From contig JAUSKT010000021.1 of NCBI GenBank assembly GCA_030646915.1, forward strand, positions 19,707-83,706: a stretch of DNA of 64,000 nucleotides, in the 5' to 3' direction. The notes below the pieces were generated by a model. It was not told where the DNA came from and searched no databases. It was given only the letters and a program-made list of their open reading frames with translations. Positions 49,194 to 59,441 of this stretch are shown one piece after another (the first letter of the stretch is position 1; every line of letters starts with the position of its first letter). This DNA comes from a bacterium (GTDB lineage: Bacteria; Patescibacteriota; Minisyncoccia; UBA6257; 02-FULL-45-10c). The position numbers and the translations under genes were made by a program.

Positions 49194-50889
49194 AAATACA
49201 GTTGTTAAGCCAGTATTCATAATACTGTTATTAAGCGTTCTTTTTACGGTTATAATCCAACTGGATCTTACTCGGGCTATTTTTTTTGATAATTATTTGA
49301 ACACTAGGCAGATCAGCGGCGTTAATTATTATTTGTCTTTAATTAATGAAAGTTCCAAGGGTAATTGGCAATTGGGAAGCCCTTATATTTTAGAATGGCG
49401 TTATGCGCCTTATTTATATCCCGCTTTAAATATTAACGCGCCGGGGCTGTTTAAAAGAGTTTTGGGCTTGGATATAAAATTATATGCTGCAATTATGGGG
49501 TATTTGTCTGTTTTTTCTATTATGGCCTTGATGTTAATGGCCTTTTCTTACATCTTTAGTTCTAATTATTTTGGTTATTTATTGGCAACAGTCTTTATTT
49601 TCTTTCCTAGGGTAATTATGTGGAATCGAACTTTGAGTCCAGAAATAAATTTTATACCTTTAGCGTTATTTTTAATTTTTTATTTCTCTAATTTTAAATT
49701 TTGGAAACGAGAAATAGGCTTAGCGCTTTCAACTGGAATTTTATTTTATATATATCCATATTATTGGACCTTTGCTTTAGTGCTTTTGGGAATAAGCGAT
49801 TTCTGGAAATTTTGGGATGAGAAGAAGATTATTTGGAATTATTTATATAAATATTTGCTTACTATGGGGCTTGCCTCATGGTATTTAGCCCATCTTTGGC
49901 AAATACAGCACCTTTCTTATTATCGCGAGACCATGGCAAGGATAGGTTTTCTTTATAGCCGTTTGCCGGCAGGCTGGTATACTCAAGCAGTTTTATTATC
50001 ATCTCTGATTATTTATTTCTTTTTAAAGAAATATATCTTTCCAAGATTAGATATAAAGATGATTGCTGATGGCGCCTTAAATAAGATTGTTGCCGGCTTG
50101 GTGGCTAGCTTAGTTGTCCTTAATCAGCAGCTTATTACTAATGTGCAAATGGAATTTAATTCCCATTATTTCCCGGTCATTCTGGTTTTTCTGGTTGCTT
50201 TTTGGGGAAGCTTAACTTTTATCTTAATTAGTAATTTTAATTTTTATAAAAAGAGCATTTTGATTTTTTTATCTTTTCTCCTGGTGACAGGATTAGTCGC
50301 GGTTAGAATATATCAGATATCTGCAAGCTTTGGCCCAGATGGTTATATCGGGGGCAAGGCAGATGGGGTAGTTGAATGGCTTTTAAAAAATCAGATTCAA
50401 GATAAGGTGGTATATGCGCCCGAAGATCTTGGCGATGAGATTAATTTGTGGACCAATAATTATTTAGTTTGGAATGACAACCAGGCATTGCAATTGACAC
50501 CGACCAATGAACTCATTGATCGTTTTACTTATTTTGATATTACCAACCAGAATATCACTAATCATCTTTTTGACCGGCAAACGGCAATTTTCGGACAAAC
50601 CTTTATTTCTTCAATGCAAAAAGACAATGTGATAAATAATATTAAGGCCAAGCTTTCAGGCAAGAATTTTGTGCCAGCCACTTTAGCGGAATATACAAAG
50701 TATGATTTTGAACCAATGTATAAAAAAAGGATTCAGCCAGACAGCGCTGAATTTAATAAATACTTGGAAAAATTCCATGTTAGTTATTTGGTATACAGGC
50801 AAAAAGATAGGAATAGCATTTACAAATCCGTACCGGGAAAAATTGTTTTTGAAAGCGAGTCTTATTTGATTAAAAAACTGGCGCCATAA
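49186..50889 (+). CDS. Multi-pass membrane protein, probable GT-C-like transferase
   Basis: About 11 TM helices; G-PY--E, R--SP, FY-Y-Y-W and NQQLIT motifs shared with the next gene. Confidence 0.6.
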   Translation: MHKNTVVKPVFIILLLSVLFTVIIQLDLTRAIFFDNYLNTRQISGVNYYLSLINESSKGNWQLGSPYILEWRYAPYLYPALNINAPGLFKRVLGLDIKLYAAIMGYLSVFSIMALMLMAFSYIFSSNYFGYLLATVFIFFPRVIMWNRTLSPEINFIPLALFLIFYFSNFKFWKREIGLALSTGILFYIYPYYWTFALVLLGISDFWKFWDEKKIIWNYLYKYLLTMGLASWYLAHLWQIQHLSYYRETMARIGFLYSRLPAGWYTQAVLLSSLIIYFFLKKYIFPRLDIKMIADGALNKIVAGLVASLVVLNQQLITNVQMEFNSHYFPVILVFLVAFWGSLTFILISNFNFYKKSILIFLSFLLVTGLVAVRIYQISASFGPDGYIGGKADGVVEWLLKNQIQDKVVYAPEDLGDEINLWTNNYLVWNDNQALQLTPTNELIDRFTYFDITNQNITNHLFDRQTAIFGQTFISSMQKDNVINNIKAKLSGKNFVPATLAEYTKYDFEPMYKKRIQPDSAEFNKYLEKFHVSYLVYRQKDRNSIYKSVPGKIVFESESYLIKKLAP

Positions 50890-50947
50890 CAATAATAGCC
50901 TTTCGAGGTGTTCTAATATAAAATAGGATAATTAGCAAAATAAACTT

Positions 50948-52687
50948 ATGCTCAGCTTTATTTATTCTCGGGAAAAATACACTCTAGTCTTATTAAGTGT
51001 TGCGATTGGAATTTTAATTTCCGCTCCGGCAATTTATTTCCGTTATTTTGACGGCGGATATAAAGGCATAGATTTTTTTGGTTCGGACGCGGAAAATTAT
51101 TATTTAGGGCAAATTCAAGAAATTTATGATGGCCATTGGTTTTCGGGGAACATTTATGTAGAGGAGGGTAAAAATGACCCTTACGTGCAGCAGCCATTGC
51201 CAGCGATGATAATCGCTTTCTTGGGGCAATCTTTAGGAATATCTGCCAGAGACGTTAATGTCCTGACAAAATTTTTATTTCCAGCGCTTTTAACCGTCAT
51301 AGTTTATCTGTTTTTTTCTGCTTTAACTGGCCGTAAAGATTTTGCAATTTTGATGACGATTTTTGTGATGCTGATTCAGGCAAGCTGGATATTTTTTGAT
51401 CCTGGGTCTTGGCTGCCATTTTTATTGAAGGGAGAGTTCAGGGGCACTGATTATAATTTTATCAGCTATGCACGGCCTATTAATCCGCAGATCAGCTCCA
51501 TTTTCTTTTTTGGATATTTATTATGCGCTTGGAAATTTTTCTTCAGCCGTCTTTCTGAAAAAATGGAAAAGATATATGGGATCGCCAGCGCTGTTATTTT
51601 AGGATTGTCTTTTTATATATATTTTTTCACTTTTTCATTTTTATCAGTATTTAACGCGGTTTTATTTTTTTGGTTCTTATATTCCAGGGATTGGATCCGC
51701 CTGAAAAAGACTTTTCTTGTTTCAATCGGCGCCCTGGCCATTGCAGTGCCTTATTTTGCCAATGTTCTGGAAATGATGAAATCGCCGAATTACAGCCAGC
51801 TGGCCCATCGGACGAACATCCTCGAAACTCACAGATTTATTTTCAGCAAAGTGTGGTGGGGGGTGACCGCGCTTTTTCTGCTGTTATATCGCGGATCCCG
51901 CAAGGTAAAAATTTTTACTTTAGCCTTTCTAGCCACGGCATTTTTAGTCACCAATCAGCAGTTAATCACCGGGAAAACTTTACCGCTTCCAGCCCATTAT
52001 CATTGGTATTACATTGCTCCAATTGGGGGCGCGATTCTTGTTTACCTTTTTTTTATGTATTTTGAAAAGTTAGCCGGTCTTTTTGTATCGCGTTTGGCAA
52101 TGTTATTTTTTATTTTAATATCTTTTTATGCTGGTTTTTTGTATCAAAAAATTTCTTATACAAAACAGTGGGACTATTTTATTTATCAGCAAAGGTATGC
52201 CCCGATATTGTCTTGGTTAGATCTGGATATTAAGAAAGAAAGTGCTATTTTTACTAACGAAGATTTATCAGGGCTTATTCCTGCCTATACCCGCCATAAT
52301 GTTTATTATTCAGGTCTTTTAACTGATTCCCTGATAAGCGAAGAAAGGATTAGGCATTCTCTTTATGTTTATTTTTTTCTTAATGGCGTCACTGAAGATT
52401 CGGCTAGGGATTTTTTTTACGATAATCGGGATTGGGTGGGCAGCCAAATTTTCAGCGACTATTATCGGCAAAAAAGTGGCTGCCATGGATGTTTCCCGGA
52501 TTCTATTTTAGACGGATTTATCCAGGAATATCGGAAATTCCTTAAAAAGGGTTTTTTGGAACAGATTAAAAAATATCAGGTTGATTACGCCGTCTGGGAT
52601 AAAGAGAAAAATCCGGAATGGCGATTGGACCGTTTTTTTAATGAAAAAGTATATGAGAAAGATAATATTATCGTTTATAAATTTTAA
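50948..52687 (+). CDS. Multi-pass membrane protein, probable GT-C-like transferase (paralog of the previous gene)
   Basis: DAENYY, RP-NP, FY-Y and NQQLITG motifs; soluble C-terminal domain. Confidence 0.6.
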   Translation: MLSFIYSREKYTLVLLSVAIGILISAPAIYFRYFDGGYKGIDFFGSDAENYYLGQIQEIYDGHWFSGNIYVEEGKNDPYVQQPLPAMIIAFLGQSLGISARDVNVLTKFLFPALLTVIVYLFFSALTGRKDFAILMTIFVMLIQASWIFFDPGSWLPFLLKGEFRGTDYNFISYARPINPQISSIFFFGYLLCAWKFFFSRLSEKMEKIYGIASAVILGLSFYIYFFTFSFLSVFNAVLFFWFLYSRDWIRLKKTFLVSIGALAIAVPYFANVLEMMKSPNYSQLAHRTNILETHRFIFSKVWWGVTALFLLLYRGSRKVKIFTLAFLATAFLVTNQQLITGKTLPLPAHYHWYYIAPIGGAILVYLFFMYFEKLAGLFVSRLAMLFFILISFYAGFLYQKISYTKQWDYFIYQQRYAPILSWLDLDIKKESAIFTNEDLSGLIPAYTRHNVYYSGLLTDSLISEERIRHSLYVYFFLNGVTEDSARDFFYDNRDWVGSQIFSDYYRQKSGCHGCFPDSILDGFIQEYRKFLKKGFLEQIKKYQVDYAVWDKEKNPEWRLDRFFNEKVYEKDNIIVYKF

Positions 52688-54304
52688 ATGTCATTCTCTT
52701 TTTTAAAAGAAAATAAAGTTTTTTTGGCAATTTTATTTTTAATTTTTTCTACTTATCTTTGGCTGGCCTGGCAGCCGATAGAAAAATTACTTTCCGGATT
52801 TTTAGTAGATGATGCCTTTTATTATTTTAAGTCGGCGGCTAATTTAGCAAATAGATTAGGCCCGACTTTTGATGGGGAACATCTGACTAATGGCTACCAT
52901 CCTTTGTGGATGGGGATTAATGCAGTTATTTATTATTTATTCCCCAATAATAAAATATTGCCCATTCATTTAATTCTGACTTTGGCGGTTTTATTTTTTG
53001 CTGGCGGCACATTGCTTTGTTGGAAGATTATTTCCCAGCTTGTCCAAGACAGGACTATGCAGATTCTTTTACTGCTTGCTTACGCCTTGAATCCTTGGAA
53101 TATCAGTAATATTTTGAATGGATTAGAAACTTCACTGGCGCTTTTTCTTCTTATATTGCTTTTCTGGCTTTTTTTAAGGATTTTGAATGGTAAAGATAGA
53201 ATCACGGATTTTTTGTTGTTGGGCATGGTGGGAGGCCTGACTGTTTTGGCAAGATTAGATTATGGATTATTTTTAGCGGCTATTCTTATTTTTTTCCTCT
53301 TTAAGAAAAAGTATTCTTGGCCGTCTTTACTTGCTTTTTCTTTGACCGCTTTTCTTTTGGCGGTGCCCTGGTTTTTATATAATTATTTTTATTTTGGTTC
53401 GTTAATTCCGGCGAGCGGCTTAGCTTATACATTAATTAATCACCGTCTATGGTTTTATAAGGATCGGAATTTAACTCAAATTCTGCTTTGGTCTTTGTAT
53501 AATTTTATTGGCACTATTACTTTTACTCTAAAGACCATCGGTCTGCCAAATTTTTATTCCGCTTCCAATCTATGGAAATCTTTTTGGTCTCTTGGAGTTA
53601 TTTTTTTTCCGATTATTGCAGGCATAATTTATTTTTATACAGTAAAGAGAGATCAATTTAAAGAATATTTAAGAAAGCTTATGGCTTCTAATGAATGGAT
53701 AGTCTTTATCATTTTTTTTATTGCTTACTTTGGCTTGATTGTTGTCCATGGGGCAATTCGATGGTCTAGTCGAGAATGGTATTTTGCGAGCTTTCCTTTT
53801 TTGGTTGTTATTTTTCTTGCCTTGCTTTTAAGTAGATCCTCTATGGAAATTTATTGTAAAAGAATATTACTGGCACTTGCCTTATTATTGGGCATTTCTT
53901 TTGGCATATCTTGGGCGGGCATTTTTACCCAATATAACGGCCAATTGGAAGCGTATAACGCTGCTTTGTGGGCTCGGGATAATCTTCCAGCTAATGTGCG
54001 TATTGCCGCTTTTAATAGCGGGGTTTTAGGCTATTTTAGCGAACGCTTTATCATGAATTCCGACGGGCTTATAAATAACAGCGCTTTTGAGGCGTTGAAA
54101 GAAAATCGTTTATGGGAATTATTTAAAAAGGAGCGCATTGATTATCTGATGGATTATGAAATCACCTTAACTTACCGCTTTAAATCTTTTTTGGGGATAG
54201 AAAATCCAATGGCAGAAGTTAACAGAATAAATATTCCTATTGTTTTAGCCCCTTCGTCGGAGAGTTATGCAGGTTCGCATATCGGTATTTTCCAGCTGAA
54301 GTAA
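52688..54304 (+). CDS. GT-C fold glycosyltransferase-like membrane protein
   Basis: DDAFYY, TNGYHPLW, NGLET, ARLD and N-DGL-N motifs. Confidence 0.72.
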   Translation: MSFSFLKENKVFLAILFLIFSTYLWLAWQPIEKLLSGFLVDDAFYYFKSAANLANRLGPTFDGEHLTNGYHPLWMGINAVIYYLFPNNKILPIHLILTLAVLFFAGGTLLCWKIISQLVQDRTMQILLLLAYALNPWNISNILNGLETSLALFLLILLFWLFLRILNGKDRITDFLLLGMVGGLTVLARLDYGLFLAAILIFFLFKKKYSWPSLLAFSLTAFLLAVPWFLYNYFYFGSLIPASGLAYTLINHRLWFYKDRNLTQILLWSLYNFIGTITFTLKTIGLPNFYSASNLWKSFWSLGVIFFPIIAGIIYFYTVKRDQFKEYLRKLMASNEWIVFIIFFIAYFGLIVVHGAIRWSSREWYFASFPFLVVIFLALLLSRSSMEIYCKRILLALALLLGISFGISWAGIFTQYNGQLEAYNAALWARDNLPANVRIAAFNSGVLGYFSERFIMNSDGLINNSAFEALKENRLWELFKKERIDYLMDYEITLTYRFKSFLGIENPMAEVNRINIPIVLAPSSESYAGSHIGIFQLK

Positions 54305-54313
54305 AGATTGATT

Positions 54314-54790
54314 ATGAACCCTATTCTTTTTGAAGAATTAAATCTAAATTTAGAAGGCCGGATAATTTTTTTGGATATTGATGGAACTTTAATTGCTGAC
54401 GGCAGCCAATTGGATTTTGAGCCAAAAATTTTAAATAAAATTAATTTTTTACGTCAGAAAAATCAGATCTTTCTTTGTACGAATTCCAGTGATAGAATCA
54501 GGAGTAATAAAATTGAAAGGGCGCTGAGTCTTCCAATTGCGACTTATAATCATAAAAAACCAAGCTCAAAGATAATAAAGGAACTCGGCATCGGCAAAGA
54601 AAATAAAAATTTCTTAGTGATTGGCGATAAAGTTTTAATTGACGGGCTTTTTGCTTTAAATATCGGCGCTGAATTTATAAAGGTTAAGAGGAAAATTTCT
54701 GGCCAAGAATCTTTAGTGATAAAGTTAATTAACTTGGCAGATGATTTAATATGCCAGGTAGTGAAACTTCGGTGGTTTCTCAAAAATTAA
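54314..54790 (+). CDS. HAD-superfamily phosphatase (YqeG-like)
   Basis: DIDGTL, TN, KKP and IGDK---D motifs. Confidence 0.82.
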   Translation: MNPILFEELNLNLEGRIIFLDIDGTLIADGSQLDFEPKILNKINFLRQKNQIFLCTNSSDRIRSNKIERALSLPIATYNHKKPSSKIIKELGIGKENKNFLVIGDKVLIDGLFALNIGAEFIKVKRKISGQESLVIKLINLADDLICQVVKLRWFLKN

Positions 54791-54886
54791 TCAAGGCTAT
54801 AACTATAGACTTAGTCATTACAGAAATAATAATTAATTATAATTCAGAGCTTCGAAACTAATAATGCCGAAGTTCTACTACCTGGT

Positions 54887-55942
54887 ATGGCATATCGCGA
54901 AAATTCTAAAACTTATTTAATTACCGGCGGTTCGGGGTTTTTGGGAATTAATTTAGTCCGCTATTTATTGGCAAGGGGACAGCGGGTGCGTTCTTTAGAC
55001 GCCATTCCATTTGATTATCCGGAAAAAGATAAAATTGAGTGGCTAGCTGGAGATGTTCGGGATAAAGCTGCAGTAGATAAAGCCATGAAGGGAATTGATA
55101 TTGTTGTTCATTGCGCAGCGGCTCTTCCGCTTTATTCTAAAGAAGATATTTTAAGCACTGAAGTTGATGGAACTAGAAATGTTTTGGAAAGCGCTAAAAA
55201 TAATAATGTAGATCGATTCATTCATATTTCTTCGACAGCGGTTTATGGAATTCCGGACCATCATCCGATTTATGAAAATGATAAGCTGGTAGGCGTAGGG
55301 CCTTATGGAGAGGCAAAAATAAAAGCGGAAGAGCTTTGTTTGGCAGCTAGGAAAAATGGAATGTGTGTTTCGATTATCCGGCCGAAATCTTTTGTCGGCC
55401 CGGAGCGGCTGGGAGTTTTTGCGCTTTTTTATGATTGGGCGAAAAATGGTCATAATTTTCCAATGATCGGCAACGGCAAAAACCGTTATCAGCTTTTGGA
55501 TGTGGAAGATTTATGTGAAGCGATTTATTTGTGCAGTACTAAGCCAAAAGAGTCGGTGAATGATACTTTTAATGTGGGCGCCAAGGAATTTACCACCATG
55601 AAAGAAGATTATCAGGCAGTTTTAGATGAGGCGGGATTTGGCAAGAAAATTATCGGTTTTCCCGCAGCCCCGATGATCTGGACTCTCAGGTTTTTGGAAT
55701 TATTAAAATTATCGCCTTTATATAAATGGGTTTATGAAACTGCCGCTAAAGATTCTTTTGTATCCATAGAAAAAGCAGAGAAAAAATTAGATTGGCATCC
55801 GAAATATTCCAATAAACAAGCTTTGCTCCGGAATTATAAATGGTATTTGAAAAATCTTTATAAATTTGAAGGCAAGAGCGGCGTTTCCCACCGGGTTCCT
55901 TGGAAACAGGGTATACTGAAATTAGCTAAATTTTTCTTTTAG
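54887..55942 (+). CDS. NAD-dependent epimerase/dehydratase (extended SDR)
   Basis: TGGSGFLG, ISSTAVYG and YGEAK motifs. Confidence 0.85.
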   Translation: MAYRENSKTYLITGGSGFLGINLVRYLLARGQRVRSLDAIPFDYPEKDKIEWLAGDVRDKAAVDKAMKGIDIVVHCAAALPLYSKEDILSTEVDGTRNVLESAKNNNVDRFIHISSTAVYGIPDHHPIYENDKLVGVGPYGEAKIKAEELCLAARKNGMCVSIIRPKSFVGPERLGVFALFYDWAKNGHNFPMIGNGKNRYQLLDVEDLCEAIYLCSTKPKESVNDTFNVGAKEFTTMKEDYQAVLDEAGFGKKIIGFPAAPMIWTLRFLELLKLSPLYKWVYETAAKDSFVSIEKAEKKLDWHPKYSNKQALLRNYKWYLKNLYKFEGKSGVSHRVPWKQGILKLAKFFF

Positions 55943-55944
55943 TT

Positions 55945-56808
55945 ATGAATATTTTTAAAAATTTATTAATTTCAATGCGGCCGAAGCAGTGGACGAAAAA
56001 CCTGTTTCTTTTTACTGCTTTGTTTTTTGTCAAAGCTTTTACGGATTTAGATAAGGTGCTTTTGGCAACTGAAGCTTTTGCTTTATTTTGTTTGGCATCC
56101 AGCGCAGTTTATTTATTGAACGATATTGCAGATTTGCCGAAAGATCGTGAACATCCGTTTAAAAGACTTCGACCTTTAGCCGCTGGCAAGATTAATGCAG
56201 CGCTGGTTGCAGTGATGGCAGTATTATTGGGGGCATCAGCAATAATTGGCGGATTTTATTTAAATTTTTGGTTTGGTCTTACTGTTGTCGGATATATTTT
56301 ATTGAATATTGCTTATTCATTGCTTTTAAAAAATCTGATTATCCTCGATGTTTTTACAATTGCCATTGGTTTTGTAATCCGGGTTGTTGCCGGAGCAGTT
56401 GCGATTAATGTACCTTTTTCTTCCTGGCTGATTTTATGCACTTTTTTCCTTACCTTGTTTCTTGCAATCAATAAAAGGAAAGGCGAATTGTTATTTAATT
56501 CTGCCAGTGGCAACAGGTCAGTTTTGCGGAATTATTCTGCGGGATTTTTAGACCAGATGAGTTTGATTGCGTTATCGGCAACTATTATCAGCTATACTTT
56601 TTATACTTTTAGTTCGGAACACAGCAAGCTTTTGATGCTGACAGTTCCAATCGTGCTTTACGGGCTTTTTAAATATCTTTTTATCGTAAATGAAAGCCAA
56701 GGCGCTGATGACGGCCCGAGTGATATTTTTTTGAGGGAATTCAGTTTACAGCTTACAGTTCTAGTTTGGATTGCGGCAGTGGCGTTAGTTTTACTTTACG
56801 GGAAGTAA
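55945..56808 (+). CDS. UbiA-family decaprenyl-phosphate phosphoribosyltransferase-like protein
   Basis: RP-QW-KN, Y--NDI-D---DR-HP-K--RP-A-G and KR--E motifs. Confidence 0.85.
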   Translation: MNIFKNLLISMRPKQWTKNLFLFTALFFVKAFTDLDKVLLATEAFALFCLASSAVYLLNDIADLPKDREHPFKRLRPLAAGKINAALVAVMAVLLGASAIIGGFYLNFWFGLTVVGYILLNIAYSLLLKNLIILDVFTIAIGFVIRVVAGAVAINVPFSSWLILCTFFLTLFLAINKRKGELLFNSASGNRSVLRNYSAGFLDQMSLIALSATIISYTFYTFSSEHSKLLMLTVPIVLYGLFKYLFIVNESQGADDGPSDIFLREFSLQLTVLVWIAAVALVLLYGK

Positions 56809-58296
56809 CCCAACTTTTTTTGCTATCAATCTGGCTAAGTCGTCAAATCCTTTTTCGTGTTTAATTGCCTCAAGACTTTCCGCTCCTTCTCTGATTTTAG
56901 TGAGATTGGCATTTACAGAGTCTTCCAAAATTGCCCCGATAAAATTTATTAATTCTCGATCGTCATGGCGGAAGTTTTCTAACTGCTCTTTTACTAAATA
57001 AGGCAGTTTTTCAATATTGTCAGATCTTTTTACCATAGAAAGTTTATTAAACCAAACATCGGCGAAAGTAATGGTTGGTTTTTTGAGGAATATTGCTTCC
57101 CAAATTGCGCCTCCGCTAATAGAAAATACCAGTTTGGCATTTTTTATTAAATTTAGCCCTGCAATATTCGGATTGATCAACTGGATATTGGGTATTTTTA
57201 ATAATTCCTTATAATATTTCCTTGGCCTGTAGCCGACCATGGAAGGATGCTCTTTTACCAGAAGCTTAAAATTAATTGGAAGAGATTTGGCAATTTGCTT
57301 GATCAGATTTATTTGGTCGTTCCAAAAAGGCGCGTAAAGAAATAAGGCAATTTCCGGTTCATAGTGAAGTCCATAGAAGGCGTAATCTCCTTGAGTATCG
57401 GGCGCGGAATAGAGATCTGAATATCCGCGGAGCATTCTTACTTTTCTTTTAATTTTATCCCAAATTGAATACCAGAAGATTTCATCTGTGTAGTCCTTTT
57501 CTTTTTTTTGCAGATTTTTCCAAAAGAAATTAGATAACCAGGTCGCCAATTTAACAAACCGATGCGGCAAAAGGAACCGAAATTGTTTGAGGGTTGTAAG
57601 CGCGAGGTTGTCCGGCGAATAGGCGTCATAATACGACTGTGGATTATTTCTAAATTCTTCTAAAAATTGTTTTGCTTCTTTTTCTTTAGGATTAGGAATT
57701 TTACCTGATTGTATTTCATCAAATATTTTATTTGCCCAGCTGAAAGTCCTATAATCTTCGGTCAGAATAATCCCATTTTTAATCCGGCTGTAATTAAGGC
57801 TAAGGATTTTAACCCCCATTTTTTTACAAATATGATAAAGCAGCAGGGATGCCGTTGATCCAACGACTGAAGTAAATAAGAAATCAGGTTTTTCTTCTTT
57901 AAGAAATTTAATAATTTCTTTGGAAGTCACCTGAAGAACCCGGAGCATGTCTTCATAAGATAGTAATGGCTGATCGTGGGGATATTCTCTGATGAGCTGG
58001 CTATGCATTATTACTCGGTCTATGTATAAGTAATGCCAGAGGTTAGGAAGGCCATATTCTTTTTCCAGCCATTTTAAGTATTCAAAATCTAACTTTTCAT
58101 TCTTATATTTTTTATAAATATCTTCGTCTAAAAGAATTTTGGTTATTGGCAAGTCTTTTTGAGAACTCAAAAATTGATACGCGGTCCTTGGAGTAGTATA
58201 GATGCAAAATTCATCTACGCCATATTTCATAAGTTGTTTGGCAATATGGCAGCCTATTGGCGCAAATCTACGTTGTAAGAAGAAGCATCCTTTCAT
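56791..58296 (-). CDS. Capsule_synth/KpsS-like ulosonic-acid transferase-like protein
   Basis: LHYEPE and VKEHP motifs; divergent from pseB. Confidence 0.6.
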   Translation of the reverse strand: MKGCFFLQRRFAPIGCHIAKQLMKYGVDEFCIYTTPRTAYQFLSSQKDLPITKILLDEDIYKKYKNEKLDFEYLKWLEKEYGLPNLWHYLYIDRVIMHSQLIREYPHDQPLLSYEDMLRVLQVTSKEIIKFLKEEKPDFLFTSVVGSTASLLLYHICKKMGVKILSLNYSRIKNGIILTEDYRTFSWANKIFDEIQSGKIPNPKEKEAKQFLEEFRNNPQSYYDAYSPDNLALTTLKQFRFLLPHRFVKLATWLSNFFWKNLQKKEKDYTDEIFWYSIWDKIKRKVRMLRGYSDLYSAPDTQGDYAFYGLHYEPEIALFLYAPFWNDQINLIKQIAKSLPINFKLLVKEHPSMVGYRPRKYYKELLKIPNIQLINPNIAGLNLIKNAKLVFSISGGAIWEAIFLKKPTITFADVWFNKLSMVKRSDNIEKLPYLVKEQLENFRHDDRELINFIGAILEDSVNANLTKIREGAESLEAIKHEKGFDDLARLIAKKVGLLPVK

Positions 58297-58441
58297 AATT
58301 TTTTATCGATATTTTAATATCACTTAATATAACACCTTATTTTTTCCTTGGTAACCCATAATTTTCCTATGTTACAATCTTGACTTTCATCAAGTTATAA
58401 TCTAAAATATAGCTATTAATTATATATAAGCGTTAATTTTT

Positions 58442-59419
58442 ATGAATTACGATTTTCTAAATGGGAAAACTGTTTTAGTCACCGGAGGCACCGGTTCTTT
58501 TGGGAATAAATTTATTGAAACATTATTAACTAAAGCTGATTGTAAAAAAATTATAGTATTAAGCAGAGATGAGTTTAAGCAGCACGAAATGAAGCAGAGG
58601 TTCCCTAATTCAGAAAAGAAACTAAGATTTTTTTTAGGGGATATTAGGGACGTTTCCCGCCTCCAGCGCGCTTTTCAGGGCGTGGACATAGTAGTGCATG
58701 CCGCTGCTTTAAAGCAGGTTCCGGCTTTGGAATTTAATCCATTGGAAGCAGTTAAAACTAATGTTCTTGGCACTCAGAATGTTATTGACGCAGCTTTAGA
58801 CAATAAGGTTCAAAAAGTTTTATTTGTTTCTACTGATAAAGCAGTTAACCCAATTAATCTTTATGGCGCTACTAAGCTTTGCGCTGAAAAGCTTTGGATT
58901 GCCGCTAATGCTTATCGCCCAAATAGAGAAGCTACTTCTTTCAGTTTAGTTCGCTATGGGAATGTCGTCGGCAGCCGCGGCAGCATAGTTGAAGTTTTAA
59001 ATAATCAAAAAAAGAATGGCGTAGTTACTTTGACTCATGAAGATATGACTCGTTTTTGGATCAGCCTGGATCAGGGCGTGGAATTAGTTTTATACGGCTT
59101 AAAAAAAATGAAGGGCGGTGAAATTTTCTTGCCAAAACTTCCAGCTATGAAAATCAGCGATCTGATTTCTTCAATGGCTCCGGGATGCGAGGTGAAAGTT
59201 GTAGGAATCCGGCCGGGAGAAAAATTGCACGAAGCTCTTATGACTGAGGATGAAGTTCGGAGAGCAAAAGATGTGGGGGATTATTATTTGGTTGAGCCAA
59301 ATCATGATTGGTGGGATGGATCGCATTTGAAAGAATTCCAGGCATTGCCGGAAGATATGTCTTATGTAAGCGATAGAGTTGATCGGCTTACTCATGAAGA
59401 TTTTATAAGATTGGTTTAA
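58442..59419 (+). CDS. pseB: UDP-GlcNAc 4,6-dehydratase (inverting)
   Basis: TGGTGSFG, SRDEFKQ, AALKQVP, STDKA, RYGNV-GSRGS, MTRFW and RPGEKLHE motifs. Confidence 0.92.
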   Translation: MNYDFLNGKTVLVTGGTGSFGNKFIETLLTKADCKKIIVLSRDEFKQHEMKQRFPNSEKKLRFFLGDIRDVSRLQRAFQGVDIVVHAAALKQVPALEFNPLEAVKTNVLGTQNVIDAALDNKVQKVLFVSTDKAVNPINLYGATKLCAEKLWIAANAYRPNREATSFSLVRYGNVVGSRGSIVEVLNNQKKNGVVTLTHEDMTRFWISLDQGVELVLYGLKKMKGGEIFLPKLPAMKISDLISSMAPGCEVKVVGIRPGEKLHEALMTEDEVRRAKDVGDYYLVEPNHDWWDGSHLKEFQALPEDMSYVSDRVDRLTHEDFIRLV

Positions 59420-59441
59420 ATTTGAATCAGTATTTTTTGAA

